Assembly: GCF_000281045.1 (NCBI RefSeq)
Contig: NW_008246104.1
Location: 376,008 to 440,007 of the forward strand
From: Saprolegnia diclina VS20
Taxonomy: Eukaryota
Direction of reading: 5' to 3'
DNA length: 64,000 nt
In this document: piece after piece, positions 1-12,232 of the stretch
Position numbering within the stretch: the first letter of the stretch is position 1
How the letters are laid out: each line of letters begins with the position of its first letter
Position numbers and translations under genes: made by a program
Notes under the pieces: generated by a model
The model's database searches: none
Told to the model about the DNA's origin: nothing
The model's input: the letters and a program-made list of their open reading frames with translations, nothing else

Positions 1-419
1 GACTGCAGATCCAAATCATCGCGCCTTGAAGTTGAAAAACGACCGACGGGCTTTGCTGCGGCTCATCTCAAAGGACGTCACTTGCTTGGCCTTAGAGCCA
101 CTCGGCCAGAAGTGGGTATGGCGACGGTCTTGGAAATTGGTGAGACTGTCTCTCCGTTGTGAGGACTGTTGTGAGGTTGTCGCGCAATCTCAATACCCCT
201 TTCGAGCGCCAGCTAAGCTAGTAATAATTTACATAACGTCTTGTGTAACTGTTGAGACAACTCGTGCTGACCTCGCGCACACATTGTGAGTTGCGCGTTC
301 AAACGGCAAATTGTTGGTGCGTTTTTTTAGCCTGATATCTGGATGTCCGGATACGTTGGGAGCTATTTTTAGCTTGAATATCCGTATATCCGGATGACGG
401 CCATTTTCCAATACGCACC

Positions 420-1372
420 ATGAGCAGCACGACGGACGCAAACGAACGCATGGACCTGGTCGACGGGTATGGCGAGGAGCTCGCGCATGCGCCTCTGCTC
501 GCGAGCATGGACGCGCTCGCTGCGACTATCCCCGGCGATGAGACCGTGCTCTGCACGCACTGCGGTATGCCGGTCGGAGGCGATGCGACGAGCAGCGACG
601 GTACATCTCCCGGCCTTCGCTCCCATGCACTCAAGCTATCAAGGTAGACGTCTATATCCCATGTGAAGCGTCGCGCTTCATGGCCGCGCTCGTGCGTGGC
701 ATCTCGGACGTCAACATCGAAGACGAGCCGCCGGCCACGATGGTGGCACCACCGTGGTGGAGCGGGCGTCCGATGCACCCGCGCTTCCGTACAATCTACT
801 ACGAGGAGAAGAAACATTTGTGCTGCTTTCCGCAGTGCATGTTGTACAAACACTGCTCGGCGCCGTACCAGCACGACCACGCAAGTCTTGCAGGCTCTCT
901 GGCGGTTGCGTGCTCCGTTCCGCTGTGCGCTACCTTCGTGCACGAATACGCTCTCGGCGACACTCAGGCTTTTGGCTTCTTCCACCGCTCGGATATGGCG
1001 ATGGACGCATTACCCTCCTCGCTCACACCCGCGGAGCTCACGGTTGCCAGCAGCAAGTGGATCGTCGGCGACGTCGAGCACCACCGCAACACCAAGACCT
1101 CTGTGCTCTTTCAGAGTTATCCCGAAAAAAAAACGTCATGGCTGCTCCCTGACGGCTTTATGCACTCACATGGCGCGCAAGAGGTCAAGTACACGTTCTG
1201 CGTGCTGCTCTACGTCAAGGTCGGCGACCTCTACGAGCTGGTCGCGTACCAAGACTCGCCCGAGTTTGCGGTGCACAGCTGCGCGCGCAACAGCAAGCGC
1301 AAGCCGACAGCGACACTGGCCGAGAAGAACGCCAAACGTCCTCGCCTTGCCAACGCTGTCACCTCGGCCTAA
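420..1372 (+). CDS. Hypothetical Cys/His-containing protein with C-terminal basic NLS-like segment (2 exons)
   Basis: ATG at 420. Removing the GT-AG intron 601-647 joins exon 1 in frame to the 680-1372 ORF. Inr-like CCATTTTCCAAT at about 401. Tail reads SKRKPTATLAEKNAKRPRL. Confidence 0.65.
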
Positions 1373-1484
1373 ATGTCTGAACGTGCGACGAGCGCCAGCC
1401 TGCATGTACTACTCGAGTTTGAATGAATCGAATCTTTTTGCGTTATAAAACTAAGGTGTTATACACACTTTGCATGCGCTACGT

Positions 1485-2903
1485 CTAAATCTGTGGGAGT
1501 TGGTTCATGTGTACTGCCTTGTTCGTTGAGCTGGTCACTTGGACGTTGGCGGCAAAGCCCGACACGCTACCGCTTCGGAACGCACGTACGTGTGTCTGCG
1601 TAAAGCCTACCTCTTCTTTGATAACCACAACATTCAAAACAAGACTAGAGTACCGAGGTCGACGCATTTGGCAGCGAGGATCGCCGTCTCGGTCGCTGAC
1701 AGGGCCAAGTGGCGCGCCGCATCCAGCTCTACACATGTCTTGTATGGAGATTTGGAATACAAGCAACAATGGAGCACCAATGGCCGCGTGGTTCAGCGGT
1801 AGAAAGCGCACGCGGAGGTTCTCTTGCGGCGCGAGTCGCAAGAACGATCGGACAAAAGCCTCGGCGGCCTCGACACGCTGGAGGTGGTCCTACGCGCAAT
1901 CAGAATGAGGACGACATTGGTCGCGAGACGCGGCGATGTACCGAAGAGGCGGTGACGCCAAACGCAAGGCGCGACCGAAGACACGGCGATGCTGCAAAGT
2001 CCCAATTCAGCAAACCTCGTTCGTTCGCGAGCTAGACAGGTCGTTGTTGGCATTCGCGCATGACCAAGGACGACGATGATGATGCGTACCGCGCGGACGT
2101 CGCTCTTCGTAAGGTCTTGGAGCGGGCTCACGACTTGAAACTTGGAGGCGGCGACGAGGCCTACCCACAGGTACTAGTATCAGTCGAGCCATTCAGTCGG
2201 CCAAAGGACGCACCGAGTCGTGTCGGATCGAGCTTGTCGTCTGCATTTGTGCCGTTGAAAAGGCGCGGTTGGCCACTGCTACGCTGCCTACGAGACAAGC
2301 TCGCGATGAGAAGACGTTGATGCAAAGCGCTGCACGAACGTCGTGTGCACATGGGTCGCAACGTCGTTGAGCGTCGTATAAAGGTTGGTCTTGCAGTAGT
2401 AGCAGCTACGAGTGTCGTACACAGACGGCCAAGCGCAGAGACCAAAGGGATTCACTTCGTTGCTATTTGGGGATTAAGTGCACTCCTACTGGTGGGTGTG
2501 TTTTGTCGCCACCCCGTCTCTACGTGCCTGGTCGCACCTTGTCGGGACTGCAAAGGGGCGTGTGATTAGCCTGGATCACCACACGAGTACAATGTCAATC
2601 GAGTGACCACGCTTGTGAAGCATACCTCTGGCCTTTGTTTTCAATGTAGAGCGGGTCGGCGCCTTCGGTCGTTGGTGTCTCCCACAGCGGAATGCCAATG
2701 TCGGTGGCCACCTTGCGTGCGAGGGCCAGCTGCTCGGACGGCAACGCGGCCGAGACGCCGAGGCAGGCAACGCTGTTGGTAGGAAACGCCTCGCGAACGA
2801 GCGCAGCGACGACGGACGAGTCGACGCCGCCCGAGAAGGCGACCACATTGAGCGTGTTGGGCGACCCGAGCGCCGCCACGTGCCGGACCATGGCCGACCA
2901 CAT
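1485..2903 (-). CDS. larE: LarE-like ATP-dependent (PP-loop) sulfur transferase, multi-exon
   Basis: Manual splicing gives VVAFSGGVDS (PP-loop), YIENKGQSCYYCK, FNGTNADD, VVSPL, AASPCLRSRLAFG, RVEAAE, NLRVR and FRSGS, in the order typical of LarE. About 7 GT-AG introns. Confidence 0.8.
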
Positions 2904-3259
2904 GCTGCAAATCTTTTTGTTTGCCAATCAAACATGCCAGATTAAACTCCACCAATCAAGCACCAGGATTTCAAGTGGATGCGTCCCATTGGTTGAAAAA
3001 CGAGCCATGTGCAGAGGATCGAGCCCCGTAGAGAGCTCATCGCCGAAGACAGCTCCCATGCGTCCCAGCGTAGCTCCGTCTTTGATATTTCCGAGGTCTG
3101 GGGCGAAGCGGTCGGTTGCTTCGCCAGATTTGCCGCCTGGGTGGCATCAGCTGGTTTCTAATTGTTGATTGCACATCAACGATGCTCTCAAAGGTACTAC
3201 TTTTGCAAAGCAGAAGCGATATTTGCACAATACATTTTCAAATCGTTTCAACAAACCTT

Positions 3260-4330
3260 TTGATGCCCGCAGCTGCAGGTGTGTCCTTGCCTACCCTGGG
3301 TACCAGCGACAACCGTGACCAGATTGCAAAGTTGCGCGGCTTCAAGCCTGCAGCTCCTAGGCGACAGAACGCAGAGGCCAGGTGGATGGAGTTCTACAAG
3401 TTGGTTGAAAGTGTGGCAACTTCAACATCGAAGGGCAAGATCGTACATTCAAAATCCAAGTTTAGCGGCTGGCCCCTTGACGGAGGCGGTGCGACCGTTC
3501 CCGTCTCCCACGCACCCACCAAGCGTGCTGAGGCTTGCATGCTAGAACGTATGCTTGTGTCCGTAGAGTGCTGTACGTCGAGCAACGCCACCGCAACACG
3601 TGTGTTCAAAGACACATCCATCGAGTCTCTGTCATCATCATTCAGACATACGTGTACAAGTTACGCTGCGGTCGCCCAGGTTTGAGCTGCCAATGACGCG
3701 GCCGTCCTTGCTAACCACTCCTATAAATCTTGTTTCGATCGAGGACAAAATGGTCTGTATTGACTTTTGTATGGACGAGAACTCTACAGCGGCCCAGAAC
3801 GTTGCCAATCTTAGCCTAAAACGAATCTTGGAGCGCTCAGCAGGACGCGTGGACACCAACGTCGGCAGTGACACATCGCTGGAGCCTTCGCGTGTGACGA
3901 GAAAGACATTTGAGAGATGCAAAAGGCGGCAATTGCAGATGACTAAATGGTAGAAAGATCCGCCGCGTTGTCGCGGGCACAAGGTTAAACCAGTTGCCAT
4001 GGACCTCCGAGCCATCTTGAACGCTTTAGAGCTAGTGCCGAATTCTAGTGTTCGACTACATTTTGAGCAAATGCCAGGGGTACTCGTGCATGCCAAACAC
4101 GAGGAAGGCGACTTTTGTGTGGCCCTCGACTTTACGCTTTTTCGCAATTTTGGACGTTCCAGGATGCAATGGTCCGCCCAGTGGTGTACTCCTATTCCGA
4201 AGCTGAGTCCTTGGAGAAGCCACGATCACACATACTACGTGGCCTCGGCAGCGCCGGCACAGCCATTTTTGCTCAAATATCATTCGAACAAAAACAGCAG
4301 TTCAAATGTACTTGTTTAAGCGAATTCAAG
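3260..4330 (+). mobile_element. Possible decayed Mutator-like (MULE) transposase remnant
   Basis: Fragmented ORFs with stops and frameshifts and no strong codon bias. Fragments HTC, VALDFT and FQDAMVRPVVYSYSEAESLE resemble MULE motifs in the expected order. No TIR or TSD recognised. Confidence 0.3.
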
Positions 4331-4669
4331 GTACGACGAGAGCACGGGCGGCATGCTTACGGCCAGCGAGCACAAGAAGATGACGGGCACGGACGCGATC
4401 TCGACCGCGAGGTCGTCGTCGCTCGAGCCGTCGCGGACGCCGCCGCAGGTACCACGTGTCGACGTCGGGCGTTGCGAGCTGGTGACATCTCTCGTGTCGA
4501 CAGCGCTAATATCGACTTGATACGATTCGGTGTACCAATATCTGATTGGCTGTTCTAAAAAAGCACGAAGGTCCAAAGGCGAGTCGCCCCCACGCGAAGA
4601 TGTCGCCGAGACTCACGCACACTTCGCTTCACAACAACGAACGTGGTTTCTTATTCGTCGGTGGACGGT

Positions 4670-6193
4670 TTACAAGGCACTGACGCGCATGAGGTCGCGG
4701 CTCATGTTCTTGTGGTGCGACTCGTTGGTGCCGCCGCCAATCTCGAGCAGCTTCGAGTCACGCCAGAGACGCTCCACGTTGTACTCGCCGACGTAGCCGT
4801 AGCCACCGAGCGTCTGGATCGCGCGGTCCGCCACCGTCTACATGCGCAAAACTTTGGTTGGAAGCTGTGACACCGCGCAAAAGCTTACCTTGGCCATATC
4901 ACCGCAGTAGAGCTTGACGCCGTCCGTATCGACGCGGTTGCCCACGGCATCGAGCTTCATGAGGCTTCACATAACACGTGGTGAGCAATCCTAAAAATGC
5001 GGAAAAAGGGTCGTACCGGGCCGTGTTGTACGTGTAGGCGCGGCCAGCCATGTACTCGGCGTACGACTTGGCAATGTTGGCCTGGATCTGGCCGTAGTAG
5101 TTGAGCGGCTTCCCGAACGCGACGCGGTCCTTAGCGTACGCGTTCATGACCTCGATCGACCGGCGCGCAATGCCCAAGCTCATGGCCGCGAGCGTCACAC
5201 GTTCGATTTCAAGGTTGCGCATCATGCAAATGACGGCGCTGCCTTCCTTGCCAATCTAAAAGAAAGGTTGATGAGCCTTGATGAGCTAGTAGGATGCAAA
5301 CGTACCAAGTTGGCGGCGGGGACGCGGCAGTTTTCAAAGACGAGCTCGGCCGTCATGGAGGCGCGCATACCGCACTTGTCCTTGATGCGCTGCCCGAGCG
5401 AGAAGCCCTCGAAGCCCTTCTCGACAATGAACGACGAAAAGTCCTCGCGCGCGTTGCCCGACGTGCCCGTGCGCGCGTAGACCAAGAACGTGTCGCCGAG
5501 CTCCGTGTCGTTGATCGCACCGTTCGTGATCCACATCTTCGTACCGTTGAGAACGTACTCGTCGCCAACTAGTTTGGATCGTGTGGATGAGACGCTGTGA
5601 TGTGAGGAGAGGAAGCTAGTACCCTTCGTGGCCGTCGTCTTCATGCCCAAGACATCCGTGCCGACAGCGGGCTCGCTCATGGCCATGCCACAAATGGCTT
5701 CGCCCGAGCACGCCGCCGGGAGGTACTTGGCGCACTGCTCGTCGCTGCCGTTGCGCGCCAAGTTGTTGGTGAAGAGCATCGAGTGCGCAAGGAACGAGAG
5801 GCAGAACGCAGGGTCCGACGAGCTGAGCTCTTCGTGGGCAATGACCGCCGCCAACGCGTCCATTTCCGAGCCGCCGTACTTCTCGGGCACGGTGATACCG
5901 AGCAGGCCAAGCTCACCCAGTTCGCGGAAGAGGTCGACATTGAACTTCTCGGCGCGGTTGTAGTCGATGGCCTGGGGCTCGACCTTGTCCTTGACGAACG
6001 ACCGAAGCATCTCGCGGAGCGCCTTGTGCTCCTCCGTTGGGTTGTACAGGTCGTAGGAAGCGGTCGAGAACGAGCGCGGGGTCTACATGGAGGACCCATC
6101 ATAAGGACCTCTTCCTCGACCACATGGGTCATCGGCGTCTACCTGGCGCGCCATGGCGATCGAGCGACGGGCAATGAGCGAGAAGGCCTTCAT
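4670..6193 (-). CDS. IVD: Isovaleryl-CoA dehydrogenase, mitochondrial (acyl-CoA dehydrogenase family), multi-exon
   Basis: Presequence-like MKAFSLIARRSIAMARQ. Motifs AMSEPAVGTD, LNGTKMWITNG, KCGMRASMTAELVF, LEIERV, QTLGGYGY and RDSKLLEIGGGT. Stop TAA at 4670-4672. Confidence 0.9.
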
Positions 6194-6210
6194 GATGCGA
6201 ACGGTCTACG

Positions 6211-6226
6211 GCAAAATGTGGAGTGA
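6211..6226 (-). promoter_or_regulatory. Oomycete Inr/FPR-like core promoter of IVD
   Basis: Minus strand reads TCACTCCACATTTTGC just upstream of the ATG, matching YCAYTYYNCAWTTT. A CCAAT box lies near 6264-6268. Confidence 0.6.
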
Positions 6227-6519
6227 ACTCCGACGATGACAAATTTAGGGATGTACGTCTCTGATTGGATAAAATACCCGCGTCTGCGATGGGGATTGGC
6301 TACATCAGTAGATTTGTTTTTAATGCGCATTTGCATTATATTGGGGTTCATTTTTTACGCGTTATTTCCCCAATATTGGTGCAAAAATGAAGATTCCGGT
6401 TCATATTTTGTATTTAAATATCCACTCTTTTAATGTGCAAAGGTAATTAAATGCGACGTGGCGTCAGCCTTCATCGGCTGGCTGTCACATGGCGCCACGT
6501 TGAAGTTGGAAAGCATGTG

Positions 6520-6861
6520 NNNNNNNNNNNNNNNNNNNNNNNNNNNNNNNNNNNNNNNNNNNNNNNNNNNNNNNNNNNNNNNNNNNNNNNNNNNNNNNNN
6601 NNNNNNNNNNNNNNNNNNNNNNNNNNNNNNNNNNNNNNNNNNNNNNNNNNNNNNNNNNNNNNNNNNNNNNNNNNNNNNNNNNNNNNNNNNNNNNNNNNNN
6701 NNNNNNNNNNNNNNNNNNNNNNNNNNNNNNNNNNNNNNNNNNNNNNNNNNNNNNNNNNNNNNNNNNNNNNNNNNNNNNNNNNNNNNNNNNNNNNNNNNNN
6801 NNNNNNNNNNNNNNNNNNNNNNNNNNNNNNNNNNNNNNNNNNNNNNNNNNNNNNNNNNNNN
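6520..6861. other. Assembly gap
   Basis: Run of N. Confidence 1.
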
Positions 6862-7715
6862 TACTACCGTTCGTCAATACCGTTCAGCGCCGCCTCATTC
6901 TTCATCAGTCCAGGCACTCTCCTATTATAGCGACGAGGCGAGGGATGCTGGCCTCCTTTACACCAGTCGCCCTTGTGTGGTTTGAAGTGCGCGCCGACAA
7001 CTGCATTCTGAGGCATGCTACACGTGATAGAAAGAGATGCTAGCACCGCAGGCATCAAAAATGGTGTTGGCCAACGGATTTGACCCCACGCTCAACCTCG
7101 GCGCGCCGTGTGAAATGGACGAAGCCTCGGTCCGTGTGCCAATACTTCTTTGCGGCAAGCACAGCAATAGCAAAGCTGACAGCGCATCGTACTATTCGAG
7201 TACGAGCCCTCGGCGCCTGGACTCCAAAAGCCACGAAGGACCCGTCGTTCAAGATCGGTTCGTGAATGACGGTTGTCTTTTTTCGGCACTAACTGGAAAT
7301 TTGCCTTTCGTTCAAATAGCACTGTCGGGACTGCGTAGGAGCGTCGATATTTTATTCTACTAGTATTGACCTTGGTCCGTCATGTTGTTGACGAATCGCC
7401 GGTGCAAATTGTAGTACTCACGTCGAGATGTCATCGAACGAACCAGGACGATCACCACATCATGATTGCACACCGCTCGCAGTAAAACGAATGAAGGAGC
7501 TACCATCGTCGTTTGGCTGGCCTGTCGCCACGTCACGTTGGTCGTACGGCGGTGCATCCGACACTTCATGTAGGCTGATGTGTACTGATTAACTCAACGG
7601 CGAAATCGAAGTTTTCTGGACCAAGATCACAGTTGACGTTGGCGGCAAGTAAAATATCGAAACTTGTTTTTGCTTTCATCATATCGCTCATTGTGCTTTT
7701 TCCAGCGTTCCCAAC

Positions 7716-9801
7716 ATGGCCGAGCTTGCATCGAGCGTCTCCATTGAGTTTCCCAACGACGACTACCCTCTGACGGTACGCTTCCGACTTCTACGTTTGC
7801 AGCTTTGGCCTGACCCCTGCCACTAGTCGTGGACCCGCGATGGCCAAGTCAAGATCCGCATGGGCCCACCCGGCACGATTGCAGGACAAGCACCGATTAC
7901 AATCATCGATTCGTTCAAGAAGGTGGTTGCTGACCACGGCGCCGAAGACGCGCTTTTGTGGAAGGCCAACGGCGCATGGTACGCTGGACCTATAGCATCG
8001 GCAGCTGACGAAGCGATGGTGTAGGGCCAAAATGAGCTGGCGTGAGTACTTTGACAAGTGCCAAGCGTTTGGCCGCAGCTTGCTCGCGCTGGGCATGGAC
8101 CGCTTTGAGGCCGTTAGCATCATTGGCTTCAACTCGCCCGAGTGGCTCATTGCGAACGTTGGCTGCATCCTTGCCGGTGGGATTGCTGCCGGCATTTACA
8201 CGACCAACAACCCGCCGGCCTGCCAGTACATTGCCAACCACGCGAGCGCGGCCGTCGTCGTCTGCGACGGCGTCGCGCAGCTCGAGAAGATGGCGTCGAT
8301 CGCCGATCAGCTGCCGGCGCTCAAGGCGCTCGTGGTCTACAACGCGGCTGTGCCCAACGGGTTTCAGTGCTCCGTGCCGTGCCACAGCTTTGACGATTTT
8401 ATGGCACTCGGCGTCAAGACGGAGGGCCTCGACGTGCGCATGGCCGACCAGCGCCCGGGTCAGTGCTCGACACTTATCTACACGTCGGGTACGACGGGCA
8501 ACCCCAAGGCCGTGATGCTGTCCCACGACAACATTACGTGGACCGTGGCGGCGATGCTTGAAGCGCAGGCCAAGGCTGGCGTCGGCCTCGACCACAACGC
8601 GCGGCTCGTGAGCTACCTCCCGCTCTCGCACGTGGCGGCGCAGATGATTGATATTCACTTGCCCATCATGTCGGGCGCCAAGGTCTACTTTGCGCAACCG
8701 GATGCGCTCAAGGGATCGCTGGGCCAAACGTTGAAGGAGGTTCGACCGACCTTCTTTCTCGGCGTGCCACGTGTCTGGGAGAAGATTGCCGAAAAGATGT
8801 GGGACATTGGCAAGCAGACGAAAGGCCTCAAAAAGTCGATTGCGACGTGGGCGAAGAAGAAGGGTTCGCGCAAGAACCAGCTCGCGCAGTATGGCGCGTC
8901 GGGCGGCGCGCCTTGCGGCTATGGCCTCGCCAACAGCCTCGTGCTCTCCAAGGTCCGCGCCGCCTTGGGCTTGGACGACTGTCGGTTCTGCGCGGTCGGC
9001 GCGGCGCCCATGAGCGTCGAGATCCTCAACTACTTCAGCTCGCTCGACATTCCGATCTATGACATTTTTGGTCAGAGCGAGTGCTCGGGCCCGCAGTCGG
9101 TGTGCTTTCCCAGTGCATGGAAGATTGGCTCGGTTGGCAAACCGCTGCTGGGCACCGAATGGATGGTGATGCCTGAGACGCGCGAGCTCGTGTTCCGCGG
9201 CCGGCACACGATGATGGGGTACCTCGCCATGGAGGCCGAGACGGCCGCCGCGATTGACACCGACGGCTGGCTGCACTCTGGCGACTGCGCGACCTTGGAC
9301 GAAGACGGCTTTGGCTTCATTACCGGCCGCATTAAGGAGCTCATCATCACGGCCGGCGGCGAGAACATCCCGCCCGTACTCATTGAAGATGTGATCAAGG
9401 AAGAGCTGCCGCTCCTCTCCAATGTCATGGTGATTGGCGACAAGCGCAAGTTTTTAACTGCGCTTTTGACGCTGCGCGTCGTCATGGACGGCGATGGCGC
9501 GCCGTCAACGCAGCTCGACCCCAAGGCGCTCGAAGTGCTCGCGTCCATTGGCTCGAACGCGACAAATTCGAACGATGCGATTGCGTGCGTCAAGGTGCAG
9601 ACGTACCTCGATGCAGGCATGAAGAAGGCGAATGCGCGTGCGACGTCGCGGGCACAGAGCATTGCCAAGTTTCATGTGCTGCCACATGACTTTAGCTTGC
9701 CCGGTGGCGAGCTCACACCGACGCTCAAGCTCAAGCGCAAGGTGGTCGTCGACAAGTACGCCGACGTGATCGAGTCGCTCTATGGCGGCACCGAGGGTTA
9801 A
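7716..9801 (+). CDS. Long-chain fatty acid-CoA ligase, bubblegum (ACSBG) type, copy 1
   Basis: Two short 5' exons from the ATG at 7716 join the long ORF ending at 9801. Motifs YTSGTTGNPK, SYLPLSHVAAQ, GWLHSGD, TGRIKELIITAGGENIPP and GELTPTLKLKR. Confidence 0.92.
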
Positions 9802-10110
9802 AGAGCATTATATAGTCGATTGCACAACACCTGCGTCACGGTGCATGCCGCGGCCAGGACACAGAGTCCAAGGTACAGCGGAGCTCGGTGAATTCGAGAA
9901 GATTGTTCAGTCCGCCATACGTCGACTTTGCAGTTTCTACTTCAAGCTGTTTGACTAGAAAGATACTCTGATAGCGATGTGCCTTCTGCTGACCACACGT
10001 ACGCGACTCCTCCACACAAGGTCGTGCATACAGGCTGCGTGCAAGCGAGACGAACGCTTAAGATCAATACGACAGGGGTTGGTGCATATATAAGATAAAG
10101 ACTACAACGC

Positions 10111-12198
10111 TTAAGCATACAGCGACTCGATGATGTCGGCGTACTTGTCGACGACGACACGGCGCTTGAGCTTGAGCGTGGCCGTGAGTTCGTTGCCGTT
10201 GACGCTGAAGTCGTGGTCGAGGATGTGGAACTTCTGGATGTGCTGGGCACGCGACGCGGCGCGCGCGTTCGCCTTCTTGACGCCGGCCATGAGGTGCGCG
10301 TTGAACTTGGGGCACTCGCGCGCTTCCGAGACCGTCGTCGCCGACGAGCCAATCGATTGGAGCGTCGTCGCCACCGTCGACTCGAGCTTGTCCGTGGGGT
10401 TGCCCTCAGCGTCAACGATGACCTTGAGCGTGAAGAGCGCCGTCAAGAACTTGCGGCGATCGCCAATGGCCATGACGTTCGAGAGCACGGGAAGTTCTTC
10501 CTTCACGGCGTCTTCGAGGAGGACCGGCGGAATGTTTTCGCCACCGGCCGTGATGATGAGTTCCTTGATGCGGCCCGTGATGGAGCCAAATCCATCGTCG
10601 TCAATCTTGGCACAATCACCCGAGTGGAGCCAGCCCTCGACGTCGATCGTGTCCTTCGTCACGTCTTCCTGCTTGAGGTAGCCCATCATCGTGTTGCGAC
10701 CCTGGGCGACGAGCTCCTGCGTGTCGTCAAGCACCTTCATGCGCGTGCCCTCGAGCTCGCGGCCGACCGTGCCGACCTTCCACTGCTCGGCCAAGCACAA
10801 GGACGTCGGGCCCGTGCTCTCGCTCTGGCCAAAGAACTCGTAGATGGGCATGTCGAGGCCCATGAAGAAGTTGATGGTTTCGTTGCTGATCGGCGCCGCA
10901 CCCGACGCAAACACGCGGCACTGGTCGAGACCGAGCGCTTCACGGACCTTGCCGAAGACGAGCTTTTGCGCGATCGTGTAGCCGCACGGAAGACCGCCCG
11001 ACTGACCGTACTGGGCGAGCTGGTTCTTGCGGAAACCAACGTCCTTGCACCACGTGACGAGCGACTTCTTGATGCCCGTCGTCGACGCGCCGACCGAGAT
11101 CATCTTCTCCATCATCTTTTCCCAGACGCGCGGGACGGCAAAGAAGAAGGTCGGGCGCGCTTCCTTGAGCGTCGCGCCGAGCGAGCCCTTGAGGGCATCG
11201 GGTTGCGCAAACCAGATGCGGACACCCTTCATGATCGGGAGGTAAATGTCAAAGAGCTGCGCGGCAATGTGCGAGAGCGGCAAGAACGACACGAGCGCCT
11301 CGTTGTTGGAGAACGTGACACCCGTGCGGCCGTACGTCGTCTCGGTGGCATACACGGTCCACGTAATGTTGTCGTGCGACAGCATCACGGCCTTCGGGTG
11401 GCCCGTCGTACCCGACGTGTAGATGAGCGTCGAGCAGTGGCCCGGGCGCTGGTTGGTAATGCGCTCCTGGAGCTTCTCGGCGGCAACGTCCGCACCGAGC
11501 TTGAGGAAGTCATCGTACGCGTAGACCGGCACGGCGCACTTGAGGTCCGCAGGCACAACGTCGTTGTAGATGACCAACGCCTTCAAGTGGGGCAACTTGT
11601 CCGCGATCGAGACAAACTTCTCGAGCTGCGTGACACCGTCGCAGACAACGACGCGCGACTCGGAGTGCTCGGCAATGTAGTGGCACGCCTCGGGGTTGCT
11701 CGTCGTGTACACACCGGCCGAGAGACCGCCGGCCATGATCGCGCCGAGGTTGGCAACGACCCACTCGGACGCATTAAAGCCAATGATGCTCACGCACTCG
11801 AACGGCTCGAGGCCAATGTGGATCAAACTCTTGGCAAACGACTCGACTTCGGCATGGAGCTCGCCCCACGTCTTGATGGTCCTACATCGTCGTCATGAGC
11901 GTCCTGCACCTCGTTCGAGTCGCATCTCGTACCAGACGCCGTCCTTCTTGATGTGATGGCACGGCTTGTCGCGGTTCTCCTTGACCGTCTTGGCGAGCGC
12001 GTCGCAGATCGTGATGGGGGCCATGGCGCCGAGGCCGGTCTCGGTCATGCGGAGGGCGACTTCGACGTTGGCTTCCCACGTCTACATAGAACGATGCATG
12101 AGCCTCCATGTTCATGGACCCATCCTTCCATGGCATGCTACTGCCTTGGCGAGGAGGAGGGGAAGGAAGCGTACGCTCAGGGGCTTGGTGTCGGCCAT
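10111..12198 (-). CDS. Long-chain fatty acid-CoA ligase, bubblegum (ACSBG) type, copy 2
   Basis: ATG at 12198 (MADTKPLS) and two 5' introns. Motifs YTSGTTGHPK, GWLHSGD and TGRIKELIITAGGENIPP. Strong codon bias. Confidence 0.92.
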
Positions 12199-12218
12199 GG
12201 TACTGTCTTCTTGGCGGC

Positions 12219-12232
12219 GAGTTGGAAAATGA
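12219..12232 (-). promoter_or_regulatory. Inr/FPR-like core promoter of ACSBG copy 2
   Basis: Minus strand reads TCATTTTCCAACTC, 20-35 nt upstream of the ATG. Confidence 0.5.

Noticed and set aside
6451..6985. ORFs spanning the first N run (and likewise 47229-48233)
   Set aside because: Artefacts of translating through assembly gaps.
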